A stretch of 64,000 nucleotides of DNA, taken from contig DAIDLI010000138.1 of the NCBI GenBank assembly GCA_027449545.1, positions 7,977 through 71,976 of the forward strand. Direction: 5' to 3'. Source of the stretch: Acidobacteriaceae bacterium. GTDB lineage: Bacteria > Acidobacteriota > Terriglobia > Terriglobales > Acidobacteriaceae. Below are positions 51,857 to 61,471 of this stretch, piece after piece. Numbering within the stretch: position 1 is the first letter of the stretch; every line of letters starts with the position of its first letter. The position numbers and the translations under genes were made by a program. The notes under the pieces were generated by a model that saw only the letters and a program-made list of their open reading frames with translations, was not told where the DNA came from and searched no databases.

Positions 51857-53218
51857 ATGATCTCTCTACGTGTGCCGGCGAGAGCCTCGCGATCCCTGCC
51901 CGGCTCGATTCTCCTGCTGAGTTGCTGTCTCTCTGCCGTTGGAACGCCCTCTGTGCGGGCGGAAGACCTTCAGACGGACTACCAGAAGGCTGTTGCCAGT
52001 TCCCCGCACATTGCTCGGGCCCAAGCGGAACTGGATGCGGCACTTGCGGGCAAACCGCTGGCCCGCTCGGCGCTGCTTCCTCACCTGGATGCCTTTGCCA
52101 GCGGGGGCGAGAATACGGCCCGGGTGACAGGCTTTGGGCCGCAGACGCTCTCGACTGGCTACCACTCCGACGTATTCAGCGCCACGCTTACGCAATCCAT
52201 CTTCGATGGACAGGCGCGCGTGGCGGTTGCTCAGTCCGACAGTCGCATCCAGGCTGGCAGAGCGGCGCTGGCCTCGGCGGAACAGGATCTTGCCGTTGCG
52301 GTTGTGCAGGCCTACTTCAGCGTGCTGCGCACCCAGGCCGACCAGCGGGTTGCGCAAAATCAAAGCGATTTGCTCGCCAGCATTGACAAGGAGGCGAAGG
52401 CGCGACTCGATGCCGGCATGGGAGACATCATCGCGGTGCGCGAGGCACAGGCGCAGCTCGATGCCGCGCAAGCGGACGTCATCGCCGCAACCAACGCCAT
52501 CGAAGTGGCCAAGAGCCAGCTTCAAGAACTGACCCATCAGCCCGTGGGAGCGCTGCGCGATGTGAGCGATCTGAAGCCGGCCGGCCCGGAGCCGCCCAGC
52601 GCCGCGCCCTGGATCGCGTCTGCGCTGAAGAACCAGCCTCTGCTCCGCCAGAAGCAGGCGGAACTGAAGGCCGCCGAACAGCAGGCGGAGTTCGAGCGCC
52701 GCGCCTGGTGGCCCACGCTGAGCTTCACGGGGGCCGGGCAGCATAGCGCCGGCGCGCTGATCCCGCCGGTCGCCATGGATCAGATCGGCGGTTCGCTCAA
52801 CCTGTCGATTCCCATCTACGAGGGCGGCCGCATCCGCTCGCGTACGCGCCAGGCAGCGGCGCTTTCCAGAGCGACCCGCGCCGGCGTTGCCGAAACGGAA
52901 GACCAGATTCGCGTGGAGACGCAGATCGCCTTTGTCGATCTCCAGACCAGCGTGGCGCGCTACCAGGCGGCTCGGGCGGCGGTGGACTCCGCGCAAATCG
53001 CGCTCGATGCCACCCGCAAGGGCTATGAAATTGGCAGCCGCTCGATGATCGATCTGCTGACCGCCGCAAGCCAACTGGCCGCCGTGCAACGTACGTTTTC
53101 GCTGGCGCTGTACACGCAGCTTGTGGCGCGCGCGCAGCTCAAGGCAGCCGCGGGCGTGCTTTCCGCGCAGGACATTGAATCCATCAATACGCTGCTGACC
53201 GGCCCCGAGCGGCCATGA
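51857..53218 (+). CDS. TolC-family outer membrane efflux protein
   Basis: Signal peptide, two OEP-like repeats, YEIGSRSMIDLL. Confidence 0.9.
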   Translation: MISLRVPARASRSLPGSILLLSCCLSAVGTPSVRAEDLQTDYQKAVASSPHIARAQAELDAALAGKPLARSALLPHLDAFASGGENTARVTGFGPQTLSTGYHSDVFSATLTQSIFDGQARVAVAQSDSRIQAGRAALASAEQDLAVAVVQAYFSVLRTQADQRVAQNQSDLLASIDKEAKARLDAGMGDIIAVREAQAQLDAAQADVIAATNAIEVAKSQLQELTHQPVGALRDVSDLKPAGPEPPSAAPWIASALKNQPLLRQKQAELKAAEQQAEFERRAWWPTLSFTGAGQHSAGALIPPVAMDQIGGSLNLSIPIYEGGRIRSRTRQAAALSRATRAGVAETEDQIRVETQIAFVDLQTSVARYQAARAAVDSAQIALDATRKGYEIGSRSMIDLLTAASQLAAVQRTFSLALYTQLVARAQLKAAAGVLSAQDIESINTLLTGPERP

Positions 53219-54312
53219 GGAGCCTTATGCCTTCACGACGAAAAAAGGTCCTGGTGCTTCTGCTGCTCCTCGCGGCGGTCGCCGCTGCATGGACGGCCTG
53301 GCGGCGGACGCGCGCGCGGCGCGGACCCCAGCAAGCACTGACCCTCTACGGCAACATCGATATCCGGCAGGTGCAGCTTGCCTTTAACGCCAGCGAGCGA
53401 ATCCAGCAACTGCTGGTGGACGAAGGCAGCGCTGTGCATGCAGGCCAATTGCTGGGCCAGCTCGATCCAACACAGTTTTCCGACGCCGTTGCGCAGGACC
53501 AGGCCCGCATGGCCGCCCAGCAACAGGTCGTGAACCGCATGCTCGCCGGAAGCCGCCCGCAAGAGATCGCGGCGGCCCGCGCCGATCTGGCCGCGGCACA
53601 GTCCGACACCGCTGCTGCCGAGGCCAATCTCGCGAATGCAAAGCTGCTTTACCGTCGCCAGCAGACATTGGCCGGGCAGCAGTATGTTTCGCTGCAGGTG
53701 CGCGATGATGCGCAGCGCGCCCTGCTGGCCGCGCAGGCCACGCTCGCCGGAAGCAAACAGCGTGCCGCCGCGCGGGAACAAGCCCTCCAGCTTGCGCTGC
53801 TCGGGCCGCGCAAAGAAGACATCGCCGCCGCACAGGCCACCTTGCGCGCCGATGCAGCCGCGCTGGCCGTCGCCCAGCAGAGGCTCGCGGACACCCAGTT
53901 GTATGCGCCGAACGACGGCGTGATCGAAACCCGCATCCTCGAGACCGGGGACATCGCCGGCCCGCAGGCGCCCGTCTTCACGCTGGCGCTGGACAATCCC
54001 GTGTGGGCGCGGGTCTGGCTGCCCGAAACCCAGCTGGGCCAGGTCGCTCCCGGAATGCGCGCGACCATCACCGCCGACAGCTTCCCCGGCCAGCAGTTCG
54101 AAGCCTGGATCGGTTTCATCTCGCCCGTGGCGGAGTTCACACCGCGCAACGTGGAGACCACGGAGTTGCGCTCCCAGCTTGTGTACCGCGTGCGCGTCTT
54201 CGCCTGCAATCCCGACCATCGCCTGCGCCTGGGCATGCCGGTCACGGTCAGCATTCCCGTTACCGGAAATGCACCGCGGAAGGTGGGGACCGATCCCTGC
54301 GGAAAGCCCTGA
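53215..54312 (+). CDS. HlyD-family membrane fusion protein (YbhG-like)
   Basis: N-terminal TM, GNIDIRQVQLAF, LYAPNDGVI, ISPVAEFTPRNVET. Confidence 0.9.
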   Translation: MRSLMPSRRKKVLVLLLLLAAVAAAWTAWRRTRARRGPQQALTLYGNIDIRQVQLAFNASERIQQLLVDEGSAVHAGQLLGQLDPTQFSDAVAQDQARMAAQQQVVNRMLAGSRPQEIAAARADLAAAQSDTAAAEANLANAKLLYRRQQTLAGQQYVSLQVRDDAQRALLAAQATLAGSKQRAAAREQALQLALLGPRKEDIAAAQATLRADAAALAVAQQRLADTQLYAPNDGVIETRILETGDIAGPQAPVFTLALDNPVWARVWLPETQLGQVAPGMRATITADSFPGQQFEAWIGFISPVAEFTPRNVETTELRSQLVYRVRVFACNPDHRLRLGMPVTVSIPVTGNAPRKVGTDPCGKP

Positions 54313-54313
54313 G

Positions 54314-56047
54314 ATGGACGCCGTAGTGCTCAAGGATCTCGGCAAGACCTTCGGCAAGGGAGCGGCTGCCCGCGAAGCGATCCGCGATGTCTCGCTGAAG
54401 ATTCCCGCCGGCGGGGTCACCGCGCTGATCGGCCCCGACGGCGCAGGCAAGACCACGCTGCTGCGCCTGCTGGCCGGCGTGCTGGCGCCCACCCGGGGAG
54501 AACTGCGCGTGCTGGGCCTGAGCCTTCCGCAGGACGCGCTGGCGGTGCAGGCGCGCGCCGGTTACATGCCGCAGCGCTTCGGGCTCTACGAAGACCTCAC
54601 CGTGCAGGAAAACTTCGATCTCTTCGCCAGCCTGCGCGGCGTGCCCTACGACCAGCGCAGCCAGCGCTTCGACGAACTGCTGGCCCTGACGGCACTCGGC
54701 CCTTTCCGCCGCCGCAGAGCCGGACAGCTCTCCGGCGGCATGAAGCAGAAGCTGGGTTTGGCCTGCGCGCTGATTCAGCCTCTCGAGCTGTTGCTGCTCG
54801 ACGAGCCCAGCGTCGGCGTCGACCCGGTGTCGCGGCGCGAGCTGTGGAGCATCATCCGCCGCCAGGTGGCGGGAGGGCACGTCACCGTGCTGCTCAGCAC
54901 CGCGTACATGGACGAAGCGGAACGCTGCGACCACGTGATTTTGCTCCACGAGGGCAGAGTGCTGGCGCACGGAACACCTGGCGAGTTGCGCGCGCGATTC
55001 GAAGGCCACTCCTTTCTGCTGCACGCCCGGCAGGCCGGCGCGCGATCTCTCCAGGCGAGGGTTGCGCAGCTTCCGGGCGTGCTCGATGCCGCCATTCAGG
55101 CCGAGGCCGTGCGGATCGTGATGCGGCAGCCGCAGGCGCCGGTGCTTCCCGCCGGGCTTGCGACCGGCGCAGCGGCGGAACCCGTTCCCCCGCGCCTGGA
55201 GGATGCGTTCGTGAGCCTGCTCGCCGACAGCCACGCGCAGCCAGCGCCGCAGCGGGAAGGGGGCACTCACGGCGTCCGGGCCGGCGACACGGTCGTGGAG
55301 GTTCACGATCTCTGCCGCAACTTCGGCGACTTCGCAGCGGTCAAGCGGGTCACGTTCTCCGTCCGCCGCGGAGAGATCTTCGGACTGCTGGGAGCGAACG
55401 GCGCGGGCAAGTCGACCACCTTTCGCATGCTGTGCGGGTTACTGCCTTCGTCCTCGGGGACCCTGCGCGTGGCCGGGGTGGATCTGCGCACCGCCCGCGC
55501 CGCGGCTCGCGCGCGCATCGGCTATGTCTCGCAGAAGTTCTCGATGTACGGCAGCTTGAGCGTGCGGCAGAATCTTGCTTTCTTTGCGTCGGCCTACGGC
55601 TTGCGCGGACGGGACAGGGTGCAGCGCATCGAGTGGGCCCTGGAGGAGCTGGAACTCCGCGAATATCTCAGCGTGAATGCCGGCACTCTGCCCCTGGGCT
55701 ACAAACAGCGGCTGGCGCTGGCCTGCGCGCTCATGCACGAGCCCGAGATTCTGTTTCTCGACGAGCCCACATCCGGTGTCGATCCGCTGGCGCGGCGCGA
55801 GTTCTGGGCCAGGGTCAACGCGCTGGCCGAGGCCGGCACCACCTGCCTGGTGACGACACACTTCATGGAGGAGGCGGAGTACTGCGACCGCCTGGTCCTC
55901 ATGTCGCTGGGCGAAGTGCTGGCGGAGGGCACGCCCGCGGAGGTGCGGCGGGCGGCGCGCCGGCCCGATCTGCCCGAGCCCACCATGGAAGACGCCTTCA
56001 TCGCCCTCATTGAAGAGCACGAGAGAACCATGCGGAGGTCGGCATGA
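54314..56047 (+). CDS. Tandem-NBD ABC ATPase (YbhF-like)
   Basis: GPDGAGKTT, LSGGMKQK, LLLDEP; second NBD GANGAGKST, LPLGYKQR, LFLDEP. Confidence 0.93.
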   Translation: MDAVVLKDLGKTFGKGAAAREAIRDVSLKIPAGGVTALIGPDGAGKTTLLRLLAGVLAPTRGELRVLGLSLPQDALAVQARAGYMPQRFGLYEDLTVQENFDLFASLRGVPYDQRSQRFDELLALTALGPFRRRRAGQLSGGMKQKLGLACALIQPLELLLLDEPSVGVDPVSRRELWSIIRRQVAGGHVTVLLSTAYMDEAERCDHVILLHEGRVLAHGTPGELRARFEGHSFLLHARQAGARSLQARVAQLPGVLDAAIQAEAVRIVMRQPQAPVLPAGLATGAAAEPVPPRLEDAFVSLLADSHAQPAPQREGGTHGVRAGDTVVEVHDLCRNFGDFAAVKRVTFSVRRGEIFGLLGANGAGKSTTFRMLCGLLPSSSGTLRVAGVDLRTARAAARARIGYVSQKFSMYGSLSVRQNLAFFASAYGLRGRDRVQRIEWALEELELREYLSVNAGTLPLGYKQRLALACALMHEPEILFLDEPTSGVDPLARREFWARVNALAEAGTTCLVTTHFMEEAEYCDRLVLMSLGEVLAEGTPAEVRRAARRPDLPEPTMEDAFIALIEEHERTMRRSA

Positions 56048-57159
56048 GAACGATGCGTCTGACCGGGCTGATGCGCAAGGAGGTGCTGGAGATCTTCCGC
56101 GATCCGTCAAGCATCGCCATCGCCTTTCTGCTGCCTCTGGTGCTGCTGCTCATCTTCGGCTATGGGGTATCGCTGGATGCGCGCAGCATCGCGGTGGCCA
56201 CGGTGGTCGATCAGCCCACCGAGCTTACGGCATCCTTTCTGGCGCAGTTGCAGCATTCGCCGTGGTTCGATCCCATTCGCTATTCCGACTTCGGCGCGGC
56301 TGAGCACGCCGTGCTGCGCGGCGATGCGAGCGCCGTCCTATGGCTGCGCAGCGACTTCACGCGCGACTCCATCCGCGCCGGCAACGCGCCCGTGCACCTG
56401 GTCGTCAACGGCGTCGATCCCAACCAGGCGAGCATTATCCGCAACTACATCAACGGCGCCTTGCAGGTTTGGATGGCCCAACAGGCAGTGGCCAGCGGCG
56501 CTCCCATGTCGGTGCCGGTGCAGGCCGATACGCGCGTATGGTTCAACCCCGCTTTGCGCAGCCGCGAGTCGCTGATTCCCGGCCTCATCGCCATCCTCAT
56601 GACCCTGATCGGAGCCCTTCTGACGGCTCTGGTGATCTCCCGCGAGTGGGAGCGCGGAACCATGGAGGGCATCATGGTGACTCCGGTGGCGCGCACCGAG
56701 ATCCTGCTGGGCAAGCTGATCCCATACTTTGCGCTTGGTATGGGCGGCATGGCTCTCTCCACGGCCATGGCCGTCCTGCTCTTCGGTGTGCCGTTGCGCG
56801 GATCTCTGCTCGTCCTCGCCGCCGCGGCGGCGCTGTTTCTGCTGACCGCCCTGGGAATGGGACTGCTCATCTCGGTGATCGCGCGCAGCCAGTTTGTGGC
56901 CGCCATGATCGCCATCGTCACCACGTTTCTGCCGGCGTTCATCCTCTCCGGCTTTATCTTCGATATCCGCACCATGCCGCTTCCGCTTCAGGTGCTGACG
57001 CACATCATCGCGGCGCGCTACTTTGTCGCCATCCTGAAGAGCACGTTCCTGGCCGGCGATATTCCGATGCTGCTTCTGGCCAACGGAGCCGGAATGGCCG
57101 TTCTGTGCGCCGCGTTTCTGGGCATCGCGCTGGCGCGATTCCGCAAGAGGCTGGACTGA
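56044..57159 (+). CDS. ABC-2 permease (YbhS-like)
   Basis: RKEVLEIFRDP, WFNP, REWERGTME. Confidence 0.92.
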   Translation: MRTMRLTGLMRKEVLEIFRDPSSIAIAFLLPLVLLLIFGYGVSLDARSIAVATVVDQPTELTASFLAQLQHSPWFDPIRYSDFGAAEHAVLRGDASAVLWLRSDFTRDSIRAGNAPVHLVVNGVDPNQASIIRNYINGALQVWMAQQAVASGAPMSVPVQADTRVWFNPALRSRESLIPGLIAILMTLIGALLTALVISREWERGTMEGIMVTPVARTEILLGKLIPYFALGMGGMALSTAMAVLLFGVPLRGSLLVLAAAAALFLLTALGMGLLISVIARSQFVAAMIAIVTTFLPAFILSGFIFDIRTMPLPLQVLTHIIAARYFVAILKSTFLAGDIPMLLLANGAGMAVLCAAFLGIALARFRKRLD

Positions 57160-58277
57160 TGCGCGCCAGCCTGCAACGCATCTTCGCGCTCACCCTCAAA
57201 GAGCTGCTGGCGCTGCTGCGCGACGCGGCCAGCCGCGCGGTCTTGATCGGGCCGCCGCTCATTCAGCTCGTGGTCTTTGGTTATGCCGCTACCTTCGATC
57301 TCAAAGACATTCCCTTTGCGATCTACAACCAGGATGAGGGCCAGCTCTCCCGCGATCTGATCGCGCGGTTTACCGGCTCAACCAACTTTCAGTTACTGGC
57401 CGTGGCCCACGATCAGCGCGAGGTGACAAGCCTCATCGACAACCGCTCCGTGTTGTTCGCGCTCAGCATCGGGCCGGAATTCACCTCCGACCTGGAGCGC
57501 GGCCGCACCGCGCACGTCCAGCTCATCTTCGACGGCAGGGATTCCAACACCGCGGCCATTGCCAACGGCTACGCACAAGCCATCGTGACCGCATTCGACC
57601 GGAGCTGGAATCAGCAGCACGGCCGCAAGCCGCCGCCCGCCGTCCTGCTCGACCGGGCGTGGTTCAATCCCAACCTGCAATCGCGCTGGTTCATCGTGCC
57701 GGGCATCTGCGGCATTCTTACGCTTCTGGTCAGCATGCTGACCACCGGGCTGTCCGTGGCGCGCGAGCGCGAGCTGGGAACCTTCGATCAGTTGCTGGTG
57801 ACACCGTTGCATCCGGCGGAGATTCTGCCCGGCAAAGCGCTGCCGGGTTTCCTGGTAGGGACGTTCGAAGGGACGCTGATTATTGTCGTTGCGATCTTCT
57901 GGTTTCACGTGCCATTTACCGGAAGCCTGGCGGCGCTCTACTTCGGCCTGTTCTGCTTCCTGCTCTCGGCGGTGGGCATCGGGCTGATGATCTCGTCGCT
58001 GGCGGTTACGCAACAGCAGGGCCTGCTTGGCGTCTTCCTGTTCATGGTGCCGGCCATCGTGCTCTCGGGCTTTGCCACGCCCATTGCCAATATGCCGCCG
58101 GTGGTGCAGGCCATCACCCGGCTCGATCCGCTGCGCTACTTCCTGGTGATTCTGCGCGCGTGCTTTCTGGAGGGTGCCGATGCCTCCCTGCTGTGGCCGC
58201 AGTATCTGCCGCTGATCGCCATGGGCATCGTCAGCCTCATCGTCGCCGGGCAGCTCTTTCGCCGCCGCCTGGCCTGA
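57159..58277 (+). CDS. ABC-2 permease (YbhR-like)
   Basis: ATG overlaps the previous TGA. KELLALLRD, WFNPNL, RERELGTFDQL. Confidence 0.92.
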   Translation: MRASLQRIFALTLKELLALLRDAASRAVLIGPPLIQLVVFGYAATFDLKDIPFAIYNQDEGQLSRDLIARFTGSTNFQLLAVAHDQREVTSLIDNRSVLFALSIGPEFTSDLERGRTAHVQLIFDGRDSNTAAIANGYAQAIVTAFDRSWNQQHGRKPPPAVLLDRAWFNPNLQSRWFIVPGICGILTLLVSMLTTGLSVARERELGTFDQLLVTPLHPAEILPGKALPGFLVGTFEGTLIIVVAIFWFHVPFTGSLAALYFGLFCFLLSAVGIGLMISSLAVTQQQGLLGVFLFMVPAIVLSGFATPIANMPPVVQAITRLDPLRYFLVILRACFLEGADASLLWPQYLPLIAMGIVSLIVAGQLFRRRLA

Positions 58278-58307
58278 ACAAGGACGTCCATCCCAACCAA
58301 ATGGAAA

Positions 58308-58334
58308 GCCCGGTTCCGCGTCACGGAACCGGGC
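58308..58334. terminator. Hairpin between the convergent permease and dnaA
   Basis: GCCCGGTTCCG-CGTCA-CGGAACCGGGC. Confidence 0.55.
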
Positions 58335-58358
58335 CTCTACTGACTTGCTGACTCGCTG

Positions 58359-59762
58359 TTATCCGTTCAACACATCCTGCAGCTTGTTGATGGTGCGGTG
58401 CAGGTCCTTGTCGGTGCGGCGCTGCTCGTCGATCTTGGCGATCGAGTGCATGACGGTGGTGTGGTGCTTGTTGCCGAACTGGCGGCCGATCTCCGGCAGG
58501 CTGGCCTCGGTCATCTGCTTGGCCAGGTACATGGCAATCTGGCGCGGAACTACCACGTTGCGCGAGTTGTTCTTCTGCTTCAGATCGCTGACGCGCATGC
58601 CGAAGTTCTCGGCCACCGCGCGCTGGATCGCCTCAATGGTGACTTTGCGCACCTGCATGTCGATGAACTGCTTGAGGCACTGCTGAGTGGCGGCGAGCGT
58701 GATCTCCATGCGGTTGAGCTGGCACCATGCCACCAGCCGCACCAGCGCGCCCTCCAGCTCGCGCACGTTGGTGCGCACGTTGGAGGCGATAAACAGCGCC
58801 ACGTCGGTGGGCAGATGAACCTGCTCGCTCTCCGCCTTCTTCAGCAGGATGGCGACCTTGGTTTCCAGGTCGGGCGGCTGAATGTCGGCGATGAGGCCCC
58901 ACTCGAAGCGCGAGCGCAGCCGTTCTTCGATCTCGGTCAGTTCCTTGGGCGGCCGGTCGCTGGCGATCACCACCTGCTTCATATTCTCGTGCAGAGCGTT
59001 GAAGGTATGGAAGAACTCTTCCTGGGTCCGCTCCTTCTGCGAGATGAACTGGATATCGTCGATGAGCAGCACATCCACGGTGCGGAAGCGATCGCGGAAG
59101 CTGGTCATGCGATCGTTGCGGATGGAGTTGATCATCTCGTTGGTGAACTTCTCGGCCGAGACGTAGCAGATGTTGGCCACCGGTTGGCGGCGCTTCACGT
59201 CATGGCCGATGGCGTGCATCAGGTGGGTCTTGCCCATGCCCACGCCGCCATACAGGAACAAGGGATTGTAGGCCCGCGAGGGCCGCTCGGCTACCGCCAG
59301 CGCCGCGGCGCGCGCAAACTGATTGCCGTTGCCGATGACGAAGTTGTCGAATGTGTAGCGCGGATTGAGCTGCGCCGCGGTCGACCAGTCGAAGCGTGCC
59401 TGCTCGGGCGCGCGCGCCGGCGCCGGAGGCGCGGTGGGCGCATGCGCGGGAACGGGGCCGAAGCCTCCATCCTTGCGCTGCGGCGGGATCGAAGGATCTT
59501 CCTCCGCCGTCACGAAGCTGACGTCGTCGAGTTCCATTCCCTGCAGATCAATGGCTTCTTGAATCAGATCGCCGTACTTGTCGCCGATGTGCTGAAACTC
59601 GGGTGAGGGCACGCGCACGTACAGCGTCCGCCCCGCCTGGTGGCTGTAGCGCGTCGGCTTCAGCCAAGTCTCGAAGGACTGACGGATCACCTTCTTTTCC
59701 AGGGCCGACAGGATCTGTAGCCACGGATTCAAAACCGGAGCGGGAGAAGTAGCAAAGGGCAT
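58359..59762 (-). CDS. dnaA: Chromosomal replication initiator DnaA
   Basis: YNPLFLYGGVGMGKTHL, LLIDDIQF, RLRSRFEWGL, NVRELEGAL, PRQIAMYL, HTTVMHS. Confidence 0.98.
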   Translation of the reverse strand: MPFATSPAPVLNPWLQILSALEKKVIRQSFETWLKPTRYSHQAGRTLYVRVPSPEFQHIGDKYGDLIQEAIDLQGMELDDVSFVTAEEDPSIPPQRKDGGFGPVPAHAPTAPPAPARAPEQARFDWSTAAQLNPRYTFDNFVIGNGNQFARAAALAVAERPSRAYNPLFLYGGVGMGKTHLMHAIGHDVKRRQPVANICYVSAEKFTNEMINSIRNDRMTSFRDRFRTVDVLLIDDIQFISQKERTQEEFFHTFNALHENMKQVVIASDRPPKELTEIEERLRSRFEWGLIADIQPPDLETKVAILLKKAESEQVHLPTDVALFIASNVRTNVRELEGALVRLVAWCQLNRMEITLAATQQCLKQFIDMQVRKVTIEAIQRAVAENFGMRVSDLKQKNNSRNVVVPRQIAMYLAKQMTEASLPEIGRQFGNKHHTTVMHSIAKIDEQRRTDKDLHRTINKLQDVLNG

Positions 59763-60433
59763 CGTGCGAATCCTAACCAGCGCCTCTTTTTTTGGAGCTG
59801 TGAGCCGTTCACGGGCAGCTTACGGACAACAATTTCTCTGCAGCGGAATCCCTGCATCTCCGCTTTCGGGTCTCTGCTTTGCCGCCGATTTGCTGCGAAT
59901 CTGCCCCTGATAAAAATTTCGCGTGGGGGCCGTGAACAAGCCGTTCCGTGGGACGCTTCAAACTTTCTTGAACGGTCCCGATAGTAGCACATCTGGAACT
60001 CTTTGCAATCTCTCTTTCACAAAGTTTTCGAGGCGCGAAATGAGTTGCACCACGGCTGGTGAAAGCAGGCTTTTCTTGTTACCAGAGTCACTCAGAAAAC
60101 CCGGAGATTCCCGGTGTTTTCCGAAGCTTTTCGGTGAGCGGGTTGGTGCCGCTGTTTCGAGCGAAATTGCCGCTGCGGGTTCATCACAATCCCCCGCGCT
60201 GGTCAACAGTACTTTCTGGCCGTAGACCCGAATTACGTGCTCGTGGAGGGAACTCGCGCGCGGGAGTTGAGGCTCCGTTTGCAGTCGCTGCACGAGCGCG
60301 AAAGGTTCTGGAAGACTTCAGCATCCAACGGGACGCCTCCGTTCCCGCACTAGCCCGAATTCAGCTCCTGCGATATACTTGAAAATGCTGCCAAAGCAAC
60401 GATTCTCTTAAGACAAACAGGAGCGCATTTTCA
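59763..60433. promoter_or_regulatory. dnaA-rpmH divergent control region; possible oriC
   Basis: About 670 nt non-coding with only degenerate DnaA-box-like 9-mers (59931-39, 60013-21, 60180-88). TAGCCC-N17-TATACT at 60351-79 before rpmH. Confidence 0.4.
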
Positions 60434-60589
60434 ATGCCCAAGCGCACATTTCAACCCAATCGCCAACGCCGCCTGAAGAAGCACGGTTTCCGTTCGCGCA
60501 TGAAGACCAAGTCGGGCGCCGCTGTTCTCAGCCGCCGCCGCGCCACCGGCCGCAAGCGCGTTGCCGTCAGCGCAGGCTACCGCGACTAG
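60434..60589 (+). CDS. rpmH: 50S ribosomal protein L34
   Basis: Manual translation [51 protein letters not shown] (below the ORF-track cutoff). Confidence 0.97.
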   Translation: MPKRTFQPNRQRRLKKHGFRSRMKTKSGAAVLSRRRATGRKRVAVSAGYRD

Positions 60590-60708
60590 TTCTTCCCGCC
60601 GCTTTGGCCTGCATGGAAAGCGAGCATTCATCGGACCGCCCTCCCCGGCATCCGCTCGTGCTGCAGGGAATGAGCTCCGGGAAACTGCTCCATGCAATGC
60701 AATTCCCA

Positions 60709-61134
60709 ATGAACCCAGCTTCCAAGCCAGACGCGCGCCAGACGCTCACGGGCGCGCGTCTATGCAAGCACGCCGACTATCAGCGCGCCTATGCCGCCGC
60801 GCGCAAGTTCCAGTCGCAATCCATGAGCTGGTTCCTGGCGCCGCAGCCGGCAGGGAACGACGCGCATCCGGCTCCCACTGCACCGCGGGTGGGTCTGACG
60901 GTGCCCAAGGCGCTGGGCAAAGCCCACGATCGCAATCGCATCAAGCGCCGCATGCGCGAGGTCTTGCGCCGTCATGCGGATCTGCTGCCGCAGGGCTGCG
61001 ACCTCATTCTGCATCCCCGCCGCAGCGTGCTCACTGTCGAGTTCGCCCGGCTGGAGGCGGAGACGGTGCGGGTTCTGCGCCAGGCAGCCACAGAGGCCAA
61101 ACGTGCCGCCAGCACCGCAGGTCCGGCGTCATGA
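60709..61134 (+). CDS. rnpA: Ribonuclease P protein component (start uncertain)
   Basis: [34 protein letters not shown]. Confidence 0.93.
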   Translation: MNPASKPDARQTLTGARLCKHADYQRAYAAARKFQSQSMSWFLAPQPAGNDAHPAPTAPRVGLTVPKALGKAHDRNRIKRRMREVLRRHADLLPQGCDLILHPRRSVLTVEFARLEAETVRVLRQAATEAKRAASTAGPAS

Positions 61135-61421
61135 CGCGCCTGCTGCTGGCATTGCTCGCGTTCTACAAGCGCTGGCTTTCGCCCGCCGTGCACAGCATGG
61201 GCATGGGCGGATGCAAGTTTCTGCCCACCTGCTCGGAGTATGCGGCGGTAGCCATTGCCACGCACGGTCCGCTGCGCGGCTGCGCGATGGCAGCCTGGCG
61301 GCTCCTGCGCTGTCATCCCTTCTCGCCGGGAGGCCTGGACCCGGTTCCCCCGCGCCGGCAAGCGAGGCCAACCCACCGCTCGGGCGATTCCGGCAATTCG
61401 CGCCACGAGCCATTACCATAG
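61131..61421 (+). CDS. yidD: Membrane protein insertion efficiency factor YidD
   Basis: [36 protein letters not shown] overlap with rnpA. Confidence 0.93.
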   Translation: MTRLLLALLAFYKRWLSPAVHSMGMGGCKFLPTCSEYAAVAIATHGPLRGCAMAAWRLLRCHPFSPGGLDPVPPRRQARPTHRSGDSGNSRHEPLP

Positions 61422-61471
61422 AAGGAGCGGCGGCCTGACGGTTGCCTTTCCGATTCACAGGAAGTATTCCT

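Noticed and set aside
56340-57158. N-terminal extension of the 645-aa ORF
   Set aside because: It overlaps the YbhS-like gene out of frame. The real permease starts at ATG 57159.
59958-60382. ORFs (111 aa minus, 107 aa plus) between dnaA and rpmH
   Set aside because: No recognisable domain or RBS. The region is better explained as divergent promoters or origin.
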